DNA of 43,707 nucleotides, taken from NCBI GenBank assembly GCA_900553305.1, contig USDI01000001.1:1-43707 (forward strand), written 5' to 3'. The notes below the pieces were generated by a model that was given only the letters and a program-made list of their open reading frames with translations, searched no databases and was not told where the DNA came from. Below, piece by piece: positions 37,982-43,707 of this stretch (position 1 is its first letter; each line of letters starts with the position of its first letter). This stretch comes from an uncultured Lachnospiraceae bacterium (lineage in GTDB: Bacteria > Bacillota > Clostridia > Lachnospirales > Lachnospiraceae). The position numbers were made by a program, and so were the translations under genes.

Positions 37982-39253
37982 TTATTTCTGCTGATTCATG
38001 ACATCTGCAGTATGCTCTACATAAATCTGCTGGATTCCTTCGATTTCACCAAGGCCTGCGATCTGTGTATCGACACTGTCAAACTTACCGGAAGCCTTGA
38101 ACATGCTTAACCAGGAGTCCTCATCCTCGCCAGCCATGTCATTGTTTGCATGATCTCCGGCAACAATCATTAACGGACGAAGAACAACTTTGGTATATCC
38201 TGCTTCTGCTACGGCATCAATAACTGCTTCGCATGCGGTCTCCTCAGGTTCTCCTTCTACTGTACCGATAAATACGTTGTCATAACCAAGATCCTGCATC
38301 TGTGTCTGCATCTGGCTATAGGATACCTTTGCTGCATGAGAGGTTCCATGTCCCATGAATACAAATGCAGTACCGTCTTCCTTCGCTGCATCCAGACTGT
38401 CATAGCCTGCGGTCTTTACTGCTTCTGCGGTAAGGATTTCAGCAACAGCCTTCTTATCTGCATTGATTACGGCAGCATCTGCACCTACTTCACCAAGTAA
38501 CGGCTCTGCAACCTGAACAGATTCAAACTGATCCTTGTAGTTATCCAGTTCTCCGATTAATTCATCGTACTCTGCACCATGCATTAAGTGTGTCGGCTGT
38601 ACAATCAGGTTCTTGACACCGTTTGCAACGGCACGGTCCAGTGCCTGGTTCACATTATCGATCATTTCACCATCACGGGCCTGTACATGGTTAATAATAA
38701 TCTGTGCGGTAAATGCTCTTCTTACAGACCAGTCCGGATAAGCGGCCTGCAGGGCATCTTCGATTCCCTTAATATCTGCTACACGGCTGTTGTTAAAGGA
38801 AGTACCAAAGCTTACTACCAGAATTTCATTTTCACCGATTTCATCCTGATTACGTGCATCATCCTTGGAAGCATCTCCTGTATCTCTTCCGAAGTAATCC
38901 GGATCTGCGTTTTCACCTTCTACCAGTTCCTTCTGTGCATCTGTTAAAGCATCCCATGCAGCCTTTGCGTCTGCACACTGCTGATCGGTGTTTTCAGTTC
39001 TTTCCTGAACATAAATTGCATCAATCAATGCTGCTACATTGTCTGCTGCCATCTGGTCTGCATCCTCACTCTCTGCGGCATCTGCTTCTTCTGTGGCTTC
39101 TTCGGTTTCAGAAGCTGCTGCGTCTTCAGTTGTTTCTTCGGTCTGTGTGGTTTCTTCTGCTGTGGTCTCCTGTGCATTATTGCTTCCACATCCGGCAAGC
39201 GTACATACACCAAGTACCGATGCCATAAGTAATGCTACAATTTTGTTTTTCAT
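37982..39253 (-). CDS. cbiK: Sirohydrochlorin cobaltochelatase, lipoprotein form
   Basis: ILVVSFGTS, RRAFT, FMGHGT and VAGDHANND (both cobalt-ligand His); N-terminal lipobox LAGC plus an acidic linker. Confidence 0.93.
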   Translation of the reverse strand: MKNKIVALLMASVLGVCTLAGCGSNNAQETTAEETTQTEETTEDAAASETEEATEEADAAESEDADQMAADNVAALIDAIYVQERTENTDQQCADAKAAWDALTDAQKELVEGENADPDYFGRDTGDASKDDARNQDEIGENEILVVSFGTSFNNSRVADIKGIEDALQAAYPDWSVRRAFTAQIIINHVQARDGEMIDNVNQALDRAVANGVKNLIVQPTHLMHGAEYDELIGELDNYKDQFESVQVAEPLLGEVGADAAVINADKKAVAEILTAEAVKTAGYDSLDAAKEDGTAFVFMGHGTSHAAKVSYSQMQTQMQDLGYDNVFIGTVEGEPEETACEAVIDAVAEAGYTKVVLRPLMIVAGDHANNDMAGEDEDSWLSMFKASGKFDSVDTQIAGLGEIEGIQQIYVEHTADVMNQQK

Positions 39254-39330
39254 AAATTCTCCTCATTTCTGCAGGTTTTCTGCGTTTTTTGATTACGAAG
39301 TAAGCTGCCAGGAAACGGGAGTTTGCGCAA

Positions 39331-39373
39331 CAAAAATAAAAACCCTTTCCTATTTTTAACAGGTAAAGGGTTT
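39331..39373 (-). terminator. Riboswitch-controlled intrinsic terminator
   Basis: Minus strand AAACCCTTTACCTGTT-aa-AAATAGGAAAGGGTTT forms a hairpin followed by TTATTTTT, between the aptamer and cbiK. Confidence 0.82.
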
Positions 39374-39489
39374 GTACACAAAGAAAACGTAACCATCCGG
39401 AATTTCCTGCAGAATCTGCAGCATTCCCAACGGTCCGCATCACGTACAACCTTTTTACTCGTGGTCTGAAACAATCGTTTCTGTACAGC

Positions 39490-39685
39490 AGTCAGGCAGG
39501 TCTCCCGGCTTAAAGATCATCGCATCCACCATCTTCCCAGTTTCCCAGTGATATCTCGGCTTCTACTCCCTAATTACGGTGACGAGTTCGTACAGGATTT
39601 GCACCTGTTTCCCTTTTCACCGGAGCCAACACGCATTTCTAATATGGCAAAATCGCCACGCATTGCTCCGACACCTGAATACTCC
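39490..39685 (-). ncRNA. Cobalamin (AdoCbl) riboswitch
   Basis: Minus strand AGGT...AAAAGGGAAACAGGTGCAAATCCTGTAC...CACCGTAA...CACTGGGAAACTGGGAAG...AAGCCGGGAGACCTGCC (B12 box). Boundaries are approximate. Confidence 0.95.
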
Positions 39686-39703
39686 ATATTCAATTCATGC
39701 GCT

Positions 39704-39732
39704 AATATAACACATTTCTACAAGAAACTCAA
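39704..39732 (-). promoter_or_regulatory. Candidate SigA promoter of the cob operon
   Basis: TTGAGT (39732-39727), N17, TATATT (39709-39704) with a TGn extension, immediately 5' of the riboswitch. Confidence 0.6.
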
Positions 39733-41174
39733 CCGAATTCTTTCACAGGAATGCAGTTTTGGATCAGCTTTTCATACTCCGCTTCGTCAATGTGATATTT
39801 TCTCCGGAGTACGACATACGAAACCAGCAATGCCGCTACCGGAATCAATACCATGCCAAGCCGGAACACCAGCCCCTGTGTGGCAGTGATCTCACTGATA
39901 TACTGATTTGCGGTAAGCAGCGCCTCCTCACCCGACAGTTCCCCACGGTTCACGGCAATCTCCAACGCACTGATTCTCTGGCTCTTTGCATAAATTCCGC
40001 TCGCAATCAGCACCAGTGTGGATAAGCCCTGATTAATTCCACCTGCCAGCTTTACACTGAAAGACCGGACTGCGGAAATCACGGAATCATGCCGCTCGTG
40101 AAATCTCGCCTCATCGTATTCGATCGTATTGTTAATCATAACGACGATCACCAGATTCATCAATCCCTGAAAGAAAAAGATGAGGAAGCCGATGGCATTT
40201 AACAGGATGACGTTCTTCGGCAGCACATAGCCGAATCCAAGGAAACCTGCATAACCTGCCAGTAAGGCGATGAGACATATCTTAAGTATTTTACCTCTTG
40301 AAAAGTGTTTTGCCAAGAACGCATAGCTTGCCTGCGAAATCAGCATACCCAGTCCGTACATCACGGTAAAGTAAAATACCAGATTTCCGCTTTCCGAATA
40401 ACCATATTCTATATAGAAGAAATTCACTCCAAAAATAATCAGAATGTTACAGGTGATGTTAAAAAAGATGGACGCAATGCCTGCTGCCACAAGCTGATCA
40501 TTTCTTGCAAAAATGTGATACATATCCTTTAAAGATAACTTCTCGGTCTGCTCCTTCCGCTCCCTTTCCCGGATGCCAAAGGCGGTGAGCATCTGGAAAG
40601 CAATAAGTGCCAAGGCTACGACCAACGCAACGATCCGGTAAGCCATTACCGCATTTCCTGCAATAACGACAGGAACCACACCGGCCACTGAAAACTGACC
40701 GATGCAGACGAAAATGCTCATCAACGTAACCAGACTGTCCCGGGTTCCCGGATCCGAGCTTAACGAAGGAAGCACGCCCCAGTAAGCAATGTCATTCATG
40801 GTATACGTCATTCCCCACAGAAGATAAAAGAGACTGTAAAATGCTACAAAGGCCCAGCCCTGCGGTCTTATCGTAAACAGACAGATGATCACCACGGCAT
40901 TACTGATCGAGCCAATCAGAATCCAGGGCTTGAATTTTCCCATCCGGAAATGCGTATTTTCAATAATAATTCCCATCAGCAGATCGTTGATTGCATCCCA
41001 GACCATACAGACGATCATGGCTGCGCTGATCACGGCAAACTGTACGCTGCTTAAATTCATTGTGTACTGGACATAAAGAATCAGGTACATACTCACCAGT
41101 GCATACGCAGCGTCCCGCCCTGTCGCTCCAATACAATAACTCCATTTTGTTCTTGCATCTAATTTATCATTCAT
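39729..41174 (-). CDS. MFS glycoside-pentoside-hexuronide (MelB-like) cation symporter
   Basis: WDAINDLLMG, MGKFKPWIL and YTMNDIAYW; about 12 TM segments. Confidence 0.92.
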   Translation of the reverse strand: MNDKLDARTKWSYCIGATGRDAAYALVSMYLILYVQYTMNLSSVQFAVISAAMIVCMVWDAINDLLMGIIIENTHFRMGKFKPWILIGSISNAVVIICLFTIRPQGWAFVAFYSLFYLLWGMTYTMNDIAYWGVLPSLSSDPGTRDSLVTLMSIFVCIGQFSVAGVVPVVIAGNAVMAYRIVALVVALALIAFQMLTAFGIRERERKEQTEKLSLKDMYHIFARNDQLVAAGIASIFFNITCNILIIFGVNFFYIEYGYSESGNLVFYFTVMYGLGMLISQASYAFLAKHFSRGKILKICLIALLAGYAGFLGFGYVLPKNVILLNAIGFLIFFFQGLMNLVIVVMINNTIEYDEARFHERHDSVISAVRSFSVKLAGGINQGLSTLVLIASGIYAKSQRISALEIAVNRGELSGEEALLTANQYISEITATQGLVFRLGMVLIPVAALLVSYVVLRRKYHIDEAEYEKLIQNCIPVKEFG

Positions 41175-43506
41175 GTTTCTTCCCCCTGTTCGCAGAATCT
41201 ACAATTTTTAAAATCGTCTTTCGTTTCACCATACCACCGCCCTGATTACAGACACTGTCCACGTTTCCCTCCAGAATTCCTTCCAGCATCATCCGCACCT
41301 CCGGATCCTTCACGGACTTCGGGAAATACATCAGCCTCGCCGCCAGCTTCCCGATCCGGATCCATCTTCTGGCAAGCCGGGAATACGGCTGCATCTGCAT
41401 TAGAGAATTCTTTGTTGTAAATTCTCCCGGAACCGTATGGGAAAAATGAGTCCTCTGATAAGTGTAAATCCTGTCAAAATCCTCTTTTGTAAGCGGAACC
41501 GGATTCTTAAGACTCAAAGGGCTCTCAAGCTCCACTCCCTGAACCTCTACCTCCTCTGCCAGCCGGATGTCATTAAGCGAGGCACCAATTTGAATCTCAT
41601 AGGTACCTCCGATTACCTGAAATTCCGAATTCTGATAGACCGAAAAGTCTCTGCTAGTTAACATAACTTCTACTTTCTTCTTTTCGCCGGGCTCTAAAGC
41701 GATCTTTGCAAATCCCCTCAATTCCCGTCTGGCACGAAAGTCCTCTGTCTGCGGATTTCTCACATAAACCTGTGAAATCTCCATTCCGGGATCCTCACCG
41801 GTGTTTTCCACCTCAAACGTAACCGTATAGCTTTGATCCGCATTCTCTGTGATTGTGAGATTGGAATAGGAAAAGCTGGTATAGCTCAATCCATGTCCGA
41901 AACAGAACCGCACCGGCACCTGAAAGGTATCGTAATACCGGTATCCCACGAAAATACTCTCCCGGTATTCCACCTCATCTGGATGCAGTCGCTGTTCCCT
42001 CTGCTTTCCAAAGTTTCCGTAGCTTGGTACGTCTTCTTCCCGGTAAGGAATCGTCTCTGCCAGTTTTCCGCAAGGATTCGCCTTGCCCAGCACGAGCCGC
42101 GCGCAGGCCGTCCCGGCGGCTTCTCCTCCCAGATAAAGCTGTAACACCGCCCTGCACTGACACACAAGCTGCATATCATAAGGCGAACCGCTCACAGAAA
42201 TAAAACCGATATTGTCATTTACCTTCAACAACCCCTGCAGAAGAACTGACTGATTCTGTGGCAGGGAAAAGCTTTCCCGGTCATATCCTTCTCCTTCTGC
42301 AATATCTGTCAATCCACCAAAGAACAGCACCGGAATCTTCCGCTCCTTTGCCTCTTTTGCCAAAAACAGCGCTTCCTTTTCCAGCTTCTTATTTCTCTTC
42401 CATGAAGTACCCTGATATCCTCTCGCAAACCGTACGGTAACATGCTCCTTTTCCAAAGCTTCCATCACCGAATCAACCCGTTCCGTATGGATATGGCTGC
42501 TGCCACCTCCCTGAATTCGTGGGTGAAGTGCCAGATCCCCCAGAATCAGGATTTCCTTTTCTCCCTTTAGCGGAAGGAACCCGTCATTTTGAAGAAGAAC
42601 CGCACTTTCTTCTTCGATTTTCTCTGCCAATTTGTGATTTTTGCATCTTGTTCCGGAAGTAACACCGTTTACGCGTTTCTCAATGCTCTCACCTTTGCCA
42701 TAGGATTCATTCAGATCCTTAATTCTCTGTACAGCCTCCGCAAGCCTGGAAAACGGGAGTTTTCCTGTCTTTATGGCATCGGAAAGATCTTCAAAATGAT
42801 TGCCGTTGCTGTCCGGCATCTCCACATCCATTCCGGCCTTGATGCAGGCAGGAAGATCAACACAGGCTCCCCAGTCGCTCATGACAAGCCCTTTATAGCC
42901 CCATTTTTCCCTTAGAATATCGGTCAGCAGTTCCCTGTTTTCACAGGCCGGTACACCGTTCAGATAGTTGTAGCTAGCCATAACCGTAGCAGGCCTTGCC
43001 CTCTTCACCGCCTGTTCAAAAGCCGCCAGATAGATTTCATGCAATGCCCGCTCATCAACCATGGAATTCGAGGTCATGCGGTGGGTTTCCTGATTATTCC
43101 CTGCAAAGTGCTTCAACGAAGTTCCGACACCACACTGTTGCATGGAACGGATATAAGCCACTGCCAATTCTCCCGCAAGAAACGGATCTTCCGAATAATA
43201 CTCGAAGTTCCTTCCACAAAGTGGAGAACGTTTGATATTGATTCCGGGCCCAAGCACAACCGAAACTCCCAATTCCTTTGCCTCCTTCACGATCCCTTCT
43301 GCCATTTTTCCGATAAGGACCGGATCCCAGGAACACGCCACGCTGCTTGCCGTTGGAAAACACGTTGCCTCATAGCTGTCATTATTCTTTGCTCCATCCT
43401 CCTGCGCCCGGACACCATGCGGACCATCCGACACCTGAAGTTCCCCGATATGCCATGCTCCTTTTCCTGTTACGAGCCTGCACATTTCTTCCAAATTTCT
43501 GTCCAT
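41167..43506 (-). CDS. Glycoside hydrolase family 3 (beta-glucosidase-like), cytoplasmic
   Basis: SDGPHG, GPGINIKRSPLCGRNFEYYSEDP, KHFAGN, VMSDWG nucleophile, FGHGLSYT and an Fn3-like domain; no signal peptide; start may be 43506 or 43542. Confidence 0.94.
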   Translation of the reverse strand: MDRNLEEMCRLVTGKGAWHIGELQVSDGPHGVRAQEDGAKNNDSYEATCFPTASSVACSWDPVLIGKMAEGIVKEAKELGVSVVLGPGINIKRSPLCGRNFEYYSEDPFLAGELAVAYIRSMQQCGVGTSLKHFAGNNQETHRMTSNSMVDERALHEIYLAAFEQAVKRARPATVMASYNYLNGVPACENRELLTDILREKWGYKGLVMSDWGACVDLPACIKAGMDVEMPDSNGNHFEDLSDAIKTGKLPFSRLAEAVQRIKDLNESYGKGESIEKRVNGVTSGTRCKNHKLAEKIEEESAVLLQNDGFLPLKGEKEILILGDLALHPRIQGGGSSHIHTERVDSVMEALEKEHVTVRFARGYQGTSWKRNKKLEKEALFLAKEAKERKIPVLFFGGLTDIAEGEGYDRESFSLPQNQSVLLQGLLKVNDNIGFISVSGSPYDMQLVCQCRAVLQLYLGGEAAGTACARLVLGKANPCGKLAETIPYREEDVPSYGNFGKQREQRLHPDEVEYRESIFVGYRYYDTFQVPVRFCFGHGLSYTSFSYSNLTITENADQSYTVTFEVENTGEDPGMEISQVYVRNPQTEDFRARRELRGFAKIALEPGEKKKVEVMLTSRDFSVYQNSEFQVIGGTYEIQIGASLNDIRLAEEVEVQGVELESPLSLKNPVPLTKEDFDRIYTYQRTHFSHTVPGEFTTKNSLMQMQPYSRLARRWIRIGKLAARLMYFPKSVKDPEVRMMLEGILEGNVDSVCNQGGGMVKRKTILKIVDSANRGKKHE

Positions 43507-43599
43507 AAAACACCCCCATTTTATGCTGCTTTCTAAGATCAACTTATCATCTTCAATGTGGATCCTATATCATTTTTATTTTATATGATGTTAAATTTA

Positions 43600-43685
43600 T
43601 GGTAACTATTCAGAGCCATGCAAAATTGCTTTCTGTGAATGCTTGCATTCATACAGAATAGCAATTTTATATGGCGAAGTAACCA
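43600..43685. repeat. Long imperfect palindrome (REP/MITE-like element)
   Basis: GCCATGCAAAATTGCTTTCTGT-GAATGC-tt-GCATTC-at-ACAGAATAGCAATTTTATATGGC; its left arm recurs at 13347-13376. Confidence 0.75.
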
Positions 43686-43707
43686 CATGAGGTAAACTAC
43701 GCTGCGT

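Noticed and set aside
37740..39180. Low-complexity Glu/Ala/Thr repeats in cbiK and the adjacent lipoprotein
   Set aside because: They are ordinary flexible lipoprotein linkers, not an array or mobile repeat.
399..43536. Many plus-strand and alternate-frame ORFs in the track (e.g. 9322-10023, 14795-15403, 25051-25845)
   Set aside because: They are shadows of well-supported minus-strand genes, with no recognisable motifs. Only 3110-3481 is a credible plus-strand gene.
1..43707. CRISPR array, prophage, IS, integrase, tRNA/rRNA or defence system
   Set aside because: No regularly spaced repeats or diagnostic genes were seen; the Y-family polymerase is not a methylase or defence gene.

Overview
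A 43.7-kb chromosomal segment with almost every gene on the minus strand. Gene content and regulatory motifs suggest an anaerobic Bacillota genome, probably Lachnospiraceae-like (inference). In transcription order (right to left) it holds: a GH3 glycosidase and GPH-family sugar symporter; a cobalamin riboswitch heading a ~21-kb anaerobic B12 operon, which starts with a lipoprotein-type CbiK, a two-domain NEAT-like lipoprotein and an ABC importer and continues through cbiP, cobT, cobU, cobS, a cobU-like gene, cobC, cbiB, cobD, cbiC, cbiD, cbiF, cbiG, cbiH, a cbiJ-cbiET fusion, cbiA and a Cys-rich protein; an MtaR/MetR-like LysR regulator; a metN-metI-(2-hydroxyacid dehydrogenase)-metQ-aminotransferase operon; a nucleoside hydrolase; an SOS-box-controlled Y-family polymerase/YolD-like pair; two transsulfuration genes; a small decayed accessory patch (frameshifted zinc-ribbon gene, ATPase remnant, membrane protein, LysR); and a feoA-feoA-feoB operon divergent from a DtxR-family repressor. 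I saw no transposase, integrase, CRISPR array, tRNA or rRNA. The best leads are: (1) a putative import-oxidise-transaminate salvage route for a methionine hydroxy-analogue; (2) a surface CbiK/NEAT-like/ABC capture module heading a B12 operon that lacks cbiL and the early tetrapyrrole genes within this window; (3) possible B12-riboswitch control of the methionine activator; and (4) a dispersed REP-like palindromic element. All family assignments come from motifs recognised by eye; no database searches were run.
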